Assembly: GCA_950072105.1 (NCBI GenBank)
Contig: CATMOE010000033.1
Location: 1-40,286, forward strand
DNA length: 40,286 nt
Reading direction: 5' to 3'
Source: an uncultured Dehalococcoidia bacterium
Lineage (GTDB): Bacteria > Chloroflexota > Dehalococcoidia > Lucifugimonadales > UBA3495
How positions within the stretch are numbered: the stretch's first letter is position 1; each line of letters begins with the position of its first letter. The position numbers and the translations under genes are program-made. Of this stretch, positions 27,917 through 37,007 are shown one piece after another. The notes below the pieces were generated by a model. The model worked only from the letters and a program-made list of their open reading frames with translations. It made no database searches and was not told where the DNA came from.

Positions 27917-28471
27917 CTAAACAGGGAGAATAGGCTCAGTCCGTTGGGGAGGCAGCCCAGAGTCAAAAGCATTGACTAGAAATGCCAACAGCGCGTAGTT
28001 GCCCATAAGCATGGTTAGCTCAACCAAACCCTGCTTGCCCAACTGTTCCAACGCAGCCTGAAATCCACCGCTGCTGACGGTATGGCTCCGGTAAAACTCC
28101 TGCCCGTAATTAATCACTGCCTGCTCATCAGGCGCCAAGGCAGGCATTTCGCCACCTTCTCTCAGAGCCTCGACTATCTCCGGGGCCACGCCGGCGGCTT
28201 TAGCGGAGGCGGCATGGGCGTTCCAAACGTACTGGCAGTCCATCTCGCGGGCGGTGACCAGCATAGCCAACTCTTGAATCTTCTTGGGCAGGGACGATTC
28301 TTCCCTCAGGTATTGGTTCAGAGCCGAAGCCCTTTTGGCGGCTTCCGGCACGTGGATCGTTATGGAGCCGGGCCCATTGGCTGGGGGCGAGCCTGACCCT
28401 ACAATCTCGTCGAATGCGTCCCTTTGCGCTTCGGGAACTGAGTCTCTGGTGGCTGGGGAAAGCCTGGCCAT
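27917..28471 (-). CDS. carboxymuconolactone decarboxylase (CMD/AhpD-like) family protein, paralog 1
   Basis: ELAMLVTAREMDCQYVWNAH...A..AGV, LVELTMLMGNY; GGAGG SD. Confidence 0.88.
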   Translation of the reverse strand: MARLSPATRDSVPEAQRDAFDEIVGSGSPPANGPGSITIHVPEAAKRASALNQYLREESSLPKKIQELAMLVTAREMDCQYVWNAHAASAKAAGVAPEIVEALREGGEMPALAPDEQAVINYGQEFYRSHTVSSGGFQAALEQLGKQGLVELTMLMGNYALLAFLVNAFDSGLPPQRTEPILPV

Positions 28472-28716
28472 GGAAGAACCTCCTCAGATCTACATCGTGG
28501 TTCGACCTTGGGATCTAATTCTCAAGGGAAATAAGTGGAGCCGCTATCCCAAGACAGAACCTATCGGCGGCCCTGATTCTACACCTTTTGTGGCTACACT
28601 GCCCGTGAGGAACGGCTGCGTACTTTTTCCTGGAAGCCTCAACCTTTATACTAGCCCCTGCGATAAATCTCCACGGATTTTGTATATCAACCATTTCGCG
28701 GTTAAGGAGACTTAGC

Positions 28717-29793
28717 TTGAGTTCTGACTTTGTTACCAACGAGGAGATCGTGCAGTCCGCGCGGCGCCGTCTTGCCCAGGGTCCATGGGACTATCTGGCC
28801 GGCGCATCGGAGTCCGAAACCACCATGCGGCGCAACCGGTTGGCTTTTGACCGCCTGGCTTTCCGGCCCCGAGTCCTGGCAGACGTTTCTAGCATCGACT
28901 GTTCGACTACATTCCTCGGCCATAACCTGCGGATCCCGGTCATGCTAGCGCCTATAGGCGGGTTGCAAAATTTCGACCCTGAAGGTGGAGTCGCCGTCGC
29001 CAGGGCCGCCGGCGACTTCGGAACATTACATGTCGTAAGCTCCGCAACCATGCCAACCCTGGAAGAGACCGCCGCCGCAACCGAAAGCCCCAAGATATAC
29101 CAACTGTACATCCGAGGGGATTGGGAATGGATCAAGGATATGATCGACCGGGAGAAACAAGCCGGCTATCAGGGTTTCTGTATCACCGTCGATTCGGCCG
29201 TTTACAGCCGGAGGGAGCGGCCCATGATAAGCCGATGGTCGATAGATTCTACTCGCAACCCTCAGAATCGGGAGTGGCAAGCTACCGTCACCTGGGACGG
29301 CATCACCCGCATGAAGGAATACGCCAAGCAACCTTTCATGTTAAAAGGCATCGCAACCGCCGAGGACGCAAAGTTAGCCGTGGAACATGGTGTTGATGTC
29401 ATCTGGGTGTCGAACCACGGTGGACGCCAGTTAGACCACGGAATCGCAACCATGGATATGCTCTCTGAGATAACCGAGGTAGTCGGAGACAAGGCTGCGA
29501 TCGTTCTGGACGGCGGCATCTTACGAGGCAGCGACGTCCTTAAAGCGCTTGCGATGGGAGCCAAAGCCGTGGCTATAGGCAAATTGCAAGGATGGGGATT
29601 GGCTGCGGACGGCACGGATGGAGTCGTTAGGGTCCTGGAGATCCTTGAAGAAGAGATGCGCGTCGCCATGGGATTGATGGGCGTCACCTCGATAGGGCAG
29701 CTTACAGAATCCCATGTCTGCCCGGCAGAAGCCACCACGCCCGCCCATGAGATGAGTTCCTGGGTAAACATGCCCGGAGAAAGACTACTTTAG
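28717..29793 (+). CDS. FMN-dependent alpha-hydroxy-acid oxidase/dehydrogenase family protein
   Basis: FRPRVL, LAPIG, YQLY, TVD, LKGI, VSNHGGRQLD, LDGGILRGSDVLKALAMGA; TTG start with AAGGAG SD. Confidence 0.93.
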   Translation: MSSDFVTNEEIVQSARRRLAQGPWDYLAGASESETTMRRNRLAFDRLAFRPRVLADVSSIDCSTTFLGHNLRIPVMLAPIGGLQNFDPEGGVAVARAAGDFGTLHVVSSATMPTLEETAAATESPKIYQLYIRGDWEWIKDMIDREKQAGYQGFCITVDSAVYSRRERPMISRWSIDSTRNPQNREWQATVTWDGITRMKEYAKQPFMLKGIATAEDAKLAVEHGVDVIWVSNHGGRQLDHGIATMDMLSEITEVVGDKAAIVLDGGILRGSDVLKALAMGAKAVAIGKLQGWGLAADGTDGVVRVLEILEEEMRVAMGLMGVTSIGQLTESHVCPAEATTPAHEMSSWVNMPGERLL

Positions 29794-29892
29794 ACGTTGC
29801 CACCCAGGGTGCGAGGTTGGGAACGCCGAAGGGATTCGATCTTGGCTAACGGGATTCGTCCTACCCGATGGCGAGGCAATGGCTGTCTTACG

Positions 29893-30835
29893 TCACCGCT
29901 TGAAATGGGGTATGACGTGTTCCCCCCAATACCCGAATGGTCTGCAAGGCCAGCTCTCGTTCGTCTAAGGCGCACCAGAACAATACGTGGATGACTCCGG
30001 CCTGCTCCATATCCTCCAGATATTCGATGCACTCGCCGGGACCGCCCTTGATCAAAGACTGCTCAATCTCCGCGGCCCCGAACCCCCGGTAGCCGTTCTC
30101 GAAAAATGTCTGTGCTTCCCGGTGTCCAGTGTCCGACGTGGGAGCCAGATGGGCGTCGCGTCTGAGCACGATCTCCATATCCCGTTCATCGCGCCCGCAT
30201 TCCGCCAAAGAATCCCGGTAGAACTGGATCCCCCTTTTGACCGGGTCCGGCGTCCAGCCCGGCGCGATGACCTACCCATCGCCCATCTTAGCCGCCCGCT
30301 TGATGGCGGGCTCGGCCCCTCCGGCGACCCACATGGGTGGAGGTTGGGACACGGGCTTGGGATTCAGCGAGATTGGCGCATCGAAGGAGTAGTGACGACC
30401 TTTATAGGTAACGTTGTCCCGCTCCCACAGCAGCCGCATGATTTCAAATGTCTCGACGAAGCGGGAAACCCGGGTCCTCATTGTCGTACCAAAGGCGGTG
30501 AAGGCCGCGGCGTCGTATCCCAGCGCGTTGATCGCGGTGGTCCTGCCGCCGCTGATCACGTCCAGAGTGGCCAACTGTTCCGCCAGCAATATGGGATTAT
30601 AGAAGGGTAGCAAGAGCAGGGGCAACAATCGCATGTCGCCGCTAACGGCCGAAAGCCTGGATATAGCCGGCAGGACTTGCACTTAATGATTGGGGGTTAA
30701 GTGGTGGTCTCCCAAGGAGAAGGAATCAAATCCCAGCTGGGCCATCAGCTTTACCTCCTCGACGAGATTTTCCATGATAGTCCTACTATCCACGCTAAGA
30801 GGATAGCTAGACGTCAGCGACATGCCGATCTTCAT
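29893..30835 (-). pseudogene. LLM-class oxidoreductase pseudogene
   Basis: ATG 30835 (GGAGG SD) MKIGMSL...GDHH; in-frame TAA at 30683-30685, TAG at 30272-30274 (DG*V where DGWV is expected), and +1 in G6 run ~29922-29927 (removing it restores LGEHVIPHFKR*). Confidence 0.88.
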
Positions 30836-31045
30836 GTTGGTTACCTCCGGGTTTCGCTAGCCGAATGAATCTACCGTTCCCGGCCGCAAAAAGGGCCAAG
30901 ACGTGGTCTGTGATTAATAGAATACTCTAAGGGTTTCGGGAGGGATGACGTGGACCGTCAGGTGGTTCACCTGGGACTTCACACAGAGTGAATATCGGCC
31001 GGCCACGTCGCAGCCCGAGTGACTAGGGACTGATAGATATTGGCG

Positions 31046-31600
31046 CTAAACCACCAACGGCTGCTCGCCTCCAGTTGGAACGCCGACCTCGAAGGCGTTA
31101 ACGTTCAACGCGAGGAGAGAGTAATACCCCATCATTGTGGTCAACTCGGTCAGAAGCTGGGCTCCGAAGTGGTCCAGAGCGGCTTGGAAGGTCCCTTGGC
31201 TGACCCGGTTCGTGTTGAAGAGTTCAGTGGCGTAATCCACAACTACCTGCTCGTCATTGGGCAGCTTGGGCAAGGGTTTCTTGTCCCGCAGGGCGTCTAC
31301 GAACTCGTTGCTGATCCCCTGTTCACGAGCCCTGGCGGCGTGGGCGAACCAGATGTATTGGCAGTCCTTGTCCCGTGCGGTCAAGATCATCGCCATCTCT
31401 TGAATCTTCTGCGGCAGTTCCGATTCCTGCCTGAAGTAGTAGACCAAGTGGTTGGCCCGTTTACGCATCTCTGGGCTGTTAATCATCACCGAGCCCGGAC
31501 CGCCTTCGATAGCTCCTCCGGCAAGGGCTACCTCATGGTCAAAGGCTTCACGGTACTTCTCGGGTACTTGGTCTCGGGTTACGTTGGGCGTGCGCGCCAT
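31046..31600 (-). CDS. CMD/AhpD-like family protein, paralog 2
   Basis: MARTPNVTRDQVPE; EMAMILTARDKDCQYIWFAH; GGGAGG SD before ATG 31600. Confidence 0.88.
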   Translation of the reverse strand: MARTPNVTRDQVPEKYREAFDHEVALAGGAIEGGPGSVMINSPEMRKRANHLVYYFRQESELPQKIQEMAMILTARDKDCQYIWFAHAARAREQGISNEFVDALRDKKPLPKLPNDEQVVVDYATELFNTNRVSQGTFQAALDHFGAQLLTELTTMMGYYSLLALNVNAFEVGVPTGGEQPLVV

Positions 31601-31966
31601 CAGGTTCCTCCCTAAAGTGTGCTTGAAATTTGAGACCCGTCTAATCTTAGTAAAGACGGCTCGGGCCGAATTCAGCCCAGCGGTATTTGGTTTGGCCGGT
31701 TGGTGAGCCGCCCAGTCCAAAACCAGATGCTTTTGTTGCTAACGATTCTACACCGCCGGTTACCCCATCGTGTAGCACACGTCTCGGCGTTGGCGGTGGC
31801 GGACAAGGCTTCCGCCCGCACGAGTCTTGGGACAGATGGCCGGGGACACGAAGCAGCCGGACCCAATCACGATTCTGAGGTTAAAGATAGGGGAACCAAA
31901 CAAGGGATCGACGGATCAATGGCCATAACGCCGACCTGAAAACGGGAAAGGACGGCCCATCCAGGC

Positions 31967-32591
31967 CTACCTGAGAGCTGTGATGCCCTTCAACTCGCCC
32001 GGAAGCGTCTTGTTTACGATGACAATCGCACCTTTGCTGGGCTTAACTTGGACGGAGAACTCTTTTTTTCTCGGTCAAGAGAGGTGTCAGGTTGGTGAGG
32101 ATGACAATCATTTCCACTTGCTCACCGGTATCGACGATGTCTCCGGACCCAATCAGCCAAGCAGCGGACCAGGAACACTCGGCGGTATCAGGAACGCTGT
32201 CGAAGGCCTGGGGGTTTTGGCAGTTGATACCCTGGTTCTCGTCGAGATAGGTGACAACGGTGCCGGTGGTGGACAGGTCGACAGACTCGGATGAGGTGGA
32301 CGCCGGCGTCAAGTTGAACTTCAGAGTGTCGATGGCTGTTTTTCCAGAATTGGCCGCGGCAATCACATTTCCACGGATACTCAAAGTCGCGGACGTTTCT
32401 TCCAGGCCCCCGAGCGCTGCCTCTTTGCTCTTTTCCGAGCTCAAAAGCCCAGTATTGAGAACAGCAAATGCGAATACCGAAGCGACGACTACGAAGGCGA
32501 TAAGAACTATGGCCGTTTCAAGGCCGGTTATGCCACGCTGGTCGGCGAGGATTTTTGCTGGGATATAATACAATTCGTTTACTCGGGACAT
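31967..32591 (-). CDS. arlB: archaellin (archaeal-type flagellin), frameshifted in A7 tract at 32063-32069
   Basis: Class III signal peptide DQRG|ITGLETAIVLIAFVVVASVFAFAVLNTG; GDIVDTGE motif; removing one A restores EKKEFSVQVKPSKGAIVIVNKTLPGELKGITALR* (TAG 31967-31969); CAGGAG SD before ATG 32591. Confidence 0.9.
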
Positions 32592-32672
32592 TTGGTACTC
32601 CTGAGCACCACCACCCGACCCGATACTCCTGCCGCTGAATCCACCATGGACCAACCAGTGAGATCTGTAAAT

Positions 32673-32702
32673 TCGTAGATGTACTTATCGTAGATATACT
32701 TA
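32673..32702. promoter_or_regulatory. 15-bp tandem direct repeat upstream of archaellin
   Basis: TCGTAGATGTACTTA + TCGTAGATATACTTA (1 mismatch). The repeat is seen directly; a regulatory role is inferred. Confidence 0.45.
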
Positions 32703-32754
32703 GATCGGTGCTAAACCTGTGCGGCAGCGGTCTCTGGCCTCACCGAATTTCTGA

Positions 32755-32919
32755 CTACGAATTGAATCTGACGACGCTCTCCCTTGGGGGCTTTAGCATC
32801 ATGGGGTTTTGACCTCGCAAGGACAATTCCTTCAAGTCTACGAGGAATTCCTTGATATCTACTTTGAGTTGAGCCAGCACACTCTCCAGTTCCTCGACCT
32901 TCTCTTCTAACTCCAGCAC
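32755..32919 (-). CDS. small coiled-coil protein (54 aa; 59 aa from ATG 32934), resembling archaellum accessory coiled-coil/NP(F) segments
   Basis: Manual translation MLELEEKVEELESVLAQLKVDIKEFLVDLKELSLRGQNPMMLKPPRESVVRFNS*; clear heptad pattern; G-rich SD; below the ORF-track cutoff. Confidence 0.65.
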   Translation of the reverse strand: MLELEEKVEELESVLAQLKVDIKEFLVDLKELSLRGQNPMMLKPPRESVVRFNS

Positions 32920-33349
32920 GCCCCCACCCCCCATTTCTTACACTCCAATAACTGGCATCGCCATTATGTCCAGTCATTGGCTGATTCGGGAGTGCTTGAG
33001 GTGCCAGATCTAAGCGGCTGTTTGGACCGTGAAGCCGGCCCATTTGGGCCATTGGCCTGGGTAAGCCAGCATTCATTGCGACGATAAACCCCAACTACGG
33101 GGCGGGCCGTTGAAATAAGATCCTATCTGAGTGGCGCCAAACGACGATGGGTGGGAGGGGTCAGCGATGTGGCCGGGGTTCAGGGACATGCAGACCGGAA
33201 AGTAGTCTAGGAGCCAGCGCCATGGATGTACCAACGCCTTTCTCGGCGATCGTACAACCTGAGCCGGCCCTTATTCCTTCGATCTAGGCCGCCTGCTTTG
33301 GTGAAGCCTTCATTTGGGCCGCTTCACCGCTGCCAAGTAGCGGCGGCGA

Positions 33350-33703
33350 TCAGGAACCTGGGGTTTGATTCTCCAATGGAATGGCTATGGTGATCCTGGG
33401 TTCCGTACTAGTCACCCGGGTAGTGTGACCCTGTCCGGTTAAGTCCTCAACCAACATTACCTGGCCGGGGCCAAACCGGCGCGAGGTGCCGTCACCCAGG
33501 CCCAGCTCTCCCTCTCCGGAAAGGGTGATGATGTAATTGCGTCGGGACTCCTGGTGCCAATCGCTGAAATTGCCCGGCTCACCGATCCGGAACCGGATGC
33601 TGGTGACCTTGGTCAGCGAGTCCAGGTCCGGATGATCCGTTATATCCAGATCTTCGAAATGTGATTTTCCATCTTCACCGGAGTAGACCCTAGTGATAAG
33701 CAT
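33350..33703 (-). CDS. cupin-like small protein
   Basis: RVYSGEDGKSHFED, DWH...RRNYIITLSG, GDG..RRFGPG....EDLTGQGH. Confidence 0.85.
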   Translation of the reverse strand: MLITRVYSGEDGKSHFEDLDITDHPDLDSLTKVTSIRFRIGEPGNFSDWHQESRRNYIITLSGEGELGLGDGTSRRFGPGQVMLVEDLTGQGHTTRVTSTEPRITIAIPLENQTPGS

Positions 33704-33759
33704 GGGCTGGCTCCTGATCGTTTAGGCGTTGGGTTGCATGAATGGCACGGGACCGCCGG

Positions 33760-34314
33760 TTACCGGCTTTTAGGCAGAACGGGAGTTCCTTCGGCGGGTC
33801 TCATATCGGTGGCGATCAAGGTGCAACCGATCATCAGATAGTAGCCCATAAGCGCGCCCAGGACGATCGTCGTCGCTTCACCGAATTGGCTCAACGCCGC
33901 GTCGAATGCTTCCTGAGATAGCTTGTGGGCGCCCATCACTTCCCGTCCGTAGCGGACGATCACCGCTTCTTCCTTGGTGAGACCGTCTAGGCTTTTGTCG
34001 TTCGCGACGATGTCTATGGCTTCTTGCCTGACGCCTGCTTTCAACGCGGCCACCGAGTGGGACGCCCAGACGTATTCGCAATCCATCTCTCGAGCGGCGG
34101 TGATTATGGCCAGCTCAGTGTCGTGATCCGATAGGACAGCGTCGAAGCGCAACGCGTCGTCGAGAGCGGTCGACCATCGGGTAACTCCGGGCGCATACAT
34201 CTGCATCGACTGGGGACCGTTGATACTGCCTCTGGATTCGATGATGGCGTCGAACGCGATCAAAGCGTCTCCGCTCACTTGCTCTCGTTTGGTGATGGGC
34301 GTCAATCGGGGCAT
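33760..34314 (-). CDS. CMD/AhpD-like family protein, paralog 3
   Basis: MPRLTPITKREQV, ELAIITAAREMDCEYVWASH, LMGYY; AGGAG SD. Confidence 0.88.
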   Translation of the reverse strand: MPRLTPITKREQVSGDALIAFDAIIESRGSINGPQSMQMYAPGVTRWSTALDDALRFDAVLSDHDTELAIITAAREMDCEYVWASHSVAALKAGVRQEAIDIVANDKSLDGLTKEEAVIVRYGREVMGAHKLSQEAFDAALSQFGEATTIVLGALMGYYLMIGCTLIATDMRPAEGTPVLPKSR

Positions 34315-34540
34315 GGGAATATCTCCTGTTGAAAGTCCTGGTACGGCGGGAGTATAGCACGCTGTTTCGATACTTCTACACGGTCCGGGTTACCGGTATC
34401 AGAGACACGAATCCCCATCGCGCCAACCGAGTTTTTGGGCGTTCCCAGACTCGGAATCGCCAAACTGTTCGGTGGTAGCAGTGTCCGATAGTGGTAATAT
34501 ACCCGGTGGCGGGCAACAGGCTGATACGATCGGGGACAAC

Positions 34541-35266
34541 ATGACCAGCGAAACCCATCTGGAGCGGGTCTTAAATGCTCTTCATGATGACGTCGAGGAT
34601 ATCGACCTGTCGTCTAGCCGGACGCAGACTCAGCCTGCCATATCGGATTTGCCTGAGGGGATTGGCAGATTTGCGAAGCTGCGGAGTCTCAACCTTGCCA
34701 ATAACGACCTAACTAGCCTGCCTGAGGCCATCGGCCGTCTGGAGAATCTACGGATACTTAACCTTTCGCACAACCGGCTGTCCGCGTTGCCTGAATCCAT
34801 CGGCAATCTCGCCTTCCTAGAGGTTCTGGATCTTAGAAGCAACGCTCTGACGATGTGGCCCGATCCCATCAGTCTACTGGCCAATCTGCGGGCCCTTTTC
34901 CTCGATCATAACCGGATACAGGATATACCCAAGTCGATCGTCCGGTTGTCCAATCTATATTCCCTTTTGCTCTGGGACAATTTGTTGACCGAGTTGCCGG
35001 AGTGCATCGGCCAACTCGCCGAACTGGGCGCTCTTAACCTTGGCAACAACCAGTTGAGGATACTACCCGCCTCGATCGGACAACTTGCCAATTTGGAAAG
35101 TCTTGACCTCATCAACAATCGATTGACGGCGCTGCCAAAGTCTTTAGGGCAGCTGAAGGCGCTTAAGCTCCCAGAACTTAGGGGTAACCCCCTGAACTCC
35201 GCTCTGCAAAGCGCCTACAATAACGGACTTCATGCCCTGCGCACTTATCTGAACGATCTGAAGTAG
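34541..35266 (+). CDS. leucine-rich repeat protein (about 8 x 23-aa repeats)
   Basis: LPExIGxLxxLxxLxLxxNxLxx repeats; start ATG 34541 (GGGGA SD) or GTG 34472. Confidence 0.9.
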   Translation: MTSETHLERVLNALHDDVEDIDLSSSRTQTQPAISDLPEGIGRFAKLRSLNLANNDLTSLPEAIGRLENLRILNLSHNRLSALPESIGNLAFLEVLDLRSNALTMWPDPISLLANLRALFLDHNRIQDIPKSIVRLSNLYSLLLWDNLLTELPECIGQLAELGALNLGNNQLRILPASIGQLANLESLDLINNRLTALPKSLGQLKALKLPELRGNPLNSALQSAYNNGLHALRTYLNDLK

Positions 35267-35277
35267 ACGGTTTGTAA

Positions 35278-35874
35278 ATGAGCGTATATGGCCTTACCGG
35301 CGGAATCGGCGCCGGGAAATCGACCGTTGCCAACATGTTTCAGGAGTCGGGGATTCCCGTAGTCTTGGCCGACGACGTGGGACGTGAAGTGGCGTCTAAA
35401 GGGAGCGATGGTCTGGCTGAGATTGTCAGGTCCTTTGGACCCGATGTGCTGGACAGTAACGGAGAGCTCGATCGCCGAAAATTAGGAACGCTGATATTCA
35501 ACGATCCGGACCGGCGCCGCGAGCTTGAAGGAATCTTACATCCGCGGGTTCGTGACCGAAGCCGGGAACTCTTCAGCCAACTGGAACACGCCGGCAATCA
35601 GATCGTCGTTTATGAATCCGCTCTACTGTACGAGACGCAACGCCATACCGAGATGCGCGGAGTGATTCTGGTGACTGCCAGCGAAGAGCAGCGTATCGCC
35701 CGTGTGCGCTCTCGCGACGGCAGCGAAGAAGAGGCGGTACGCCAGCGAATAAAGGCGCAGATGGATGAAGAAGAAAAGCGCGGCCTTGCTGATTACATCA
35801 TCGAAAATAACGGGGACCTGCAAGCCCTAAAGCGTGAGGTAGATAGCCTGATCGAACAACTACTGGGACGGTGA
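35278..35874 (+). CDS. coaE: dephospho-CoA kinase
   Basis: GLTGGIGAGKSTV, LDRRKLG..IF, LEGILHP, LLYE, RIKAQM, ADYIIENNG. Confidence 0.95.
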   Translation: MSVYGLTGGIGAGKSTVANMFQESGIPVVLADDVGREVASKGSDGLAEIVRSFGPDVLDSNGELDRRKLGTLIFNDPDRRRELEGILHPRVRDRSRELFSQLEHAGNQIVVYESALLYETQRHTEMRGVILVTASEEQRIARVRSRDGSEEEAVRQRIKAQMDEEEKRGLADYIIENNGDLQALKREVDSLIEQLLGR

Positions 35875-35945
35875 GGATGGGGCTCTTGGCGTAAACAGAC
35901 CTCGATCGGATAGCGGCCAACGGAGCCAGTTGACTTGCCCACGGT

Positions 35946-37007
35946 TTAAAATTCTTTGAGCCTGGACATCACCTTCTCGGAGAACAGGCGCATGTTAGCT
36001 TCGGCGTCCTCCGATGGCATGCCGGCGTAACTAAAAACCCCTACGAACGTATCGTTTCCCGTCCAATCGTGGATCGCCACGATTTTTTCGTAACATTGGT
36101 CCGGAGTGCCCCAAACCTGAAGGCTTAGGAAAAACTCGGTTACTTTATCGTCACCGTACTCGGCGATCTTCTCGGAAAACTTGCCGTAATACTCGTATCC
36201 CTTGATGTCACGGTGGAGATCGGCTTTGAACTGATAATGGTCCATCACCGACTTCCAGTAGCCGCCGATGTAGCGGCGGGCCATTTCGTAGGCCCGTTCC
36301 TCATCCTCATCGCAAAATACCCAACCCACGACCACCGGCGGTGGCGCTGCCTCACTGTTGGCAAATTGATAAGCGGTCCGGTAGGCGTTTAACTCCTTGG
36401 CGGCCTCATCCCAGGGCTTTTGGGGGATGATCAAGACTCCAACGCCCAGCTTGGCGATGAGTTCAGCCGACTCAGGGGACACCGCGGCGGCGTAGGTCCG
36501 GCCTTTGAAGCTCTTGAACGGTTCGGGACGGATATCCCGGCGCGGCTGCTTAACGATCTCGCCGTCGTACTCGCAATACCCCTTCTCCAGTCCCTCCAAC
36601 ACCATTTCAGCCGATTCCGCGAAACGAGTCCGGGACTGGGACATGTCCAACCGAAAACCCTCAAACTCAACCTTTGCCAGACCCCGGCCGATGCCCAGGA
36701 TCACCCGGCCTTCGCTCAGGTTGTCTAGCATCGACACTTCCTCGGCAACCCGGACCGGGTCGTGCCAGGGCAAGACAACCACCATGGTCCCCAACAGAGC
36801 ATCCTTGGTGCGCCCAGCCATGTAGGTCAGAAACTGGATCACGTCGGGGCACATGGTGTAATCGGTGAAATGGTGCTCGACTCCCCAGATGGATTGATAT
36901 CCCAAGGGTTCGGCCAGATCGGCCAAGCGAAGCTCATCGCGGTAGACCTGGAAGTCGGGCTTCTCCCGATCAGGATTTTGAAACATCGTGGACATACCTA
37001 CGTGCAT
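35946..37007 (-). CDS. LLM-class flavin-dependent oxidoreductase
   Basis: GVEHHFTDY, VLPWHDPVRVAEE..MLDNLSEGR..LGIGRG, WGTPDQC, LFSEKVM. Confidence 0.93.
   Translation of the reverse strand: MHVGMSTMFQNPDREKPDFQVYRDELRLADLAEPLGYQSIWGVEHHFTDYTMCPDVIQFLTYMAGRTKDALLGTMVVVLPWHDPVRVAEEVSMLDNLSEGRVILGIGRGLAKVEFEGFRLDMSQSRTRFAESAEMVLEGLEKGYCEYDGEIVKQPRRDIRPEPFKSFKGRTYAAAVSPESAELIAKLGVGVLIIPQKPWDEAAKELNAYRTAYQFANSEAAPPPVVVGWVFCDEDEERAYEMARRYIGGYWKSVMDHYQFKADLHRDIKGYEYYGKFSEKIAEYGDDKVTEFFLSLQVWGTPDQCYEKIVAIHDWTGNDTFVGVFSYAGMPSEDAEANMRLFSEKVMSRLKEF

Noticed and set aside
18799..29793. Mycofactocin system (MftG-like GMC, MftD-like oxidase)
   Set aside because: No mftA/B/C/E/F in the window, the two genes are 8 kb apart, and both families are broad.
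17543..30274. Pyrrolysine or amber recoding to explain the in-frame TAG codons
   Set aside because: Many intact genes here end in TAG, the LLM pseudogene also has a TAA and a frameshift, and no pyl genes are seen.
31601..31720. N-terminal extension of CMD paralog 2 (likewise 32592-32654 for the archaellin)
   Set aside because: SD sequences and paralog alignment support the downstream ATGs (31600, 32591).
32711..33094. 127-aa ORF from the track
   Set aside because: Low-complexity, non-protein-like translation overlapping the better coiled-coil micro-ORF in another frame.
32592..33100. c-di-GMP riboswitch or sigma-28 promoter upstream of the archaellin
   Set aside because: No GEMM consensus found and only a weak CGATAA resemblance; the region is better explained by the micro-ORF.
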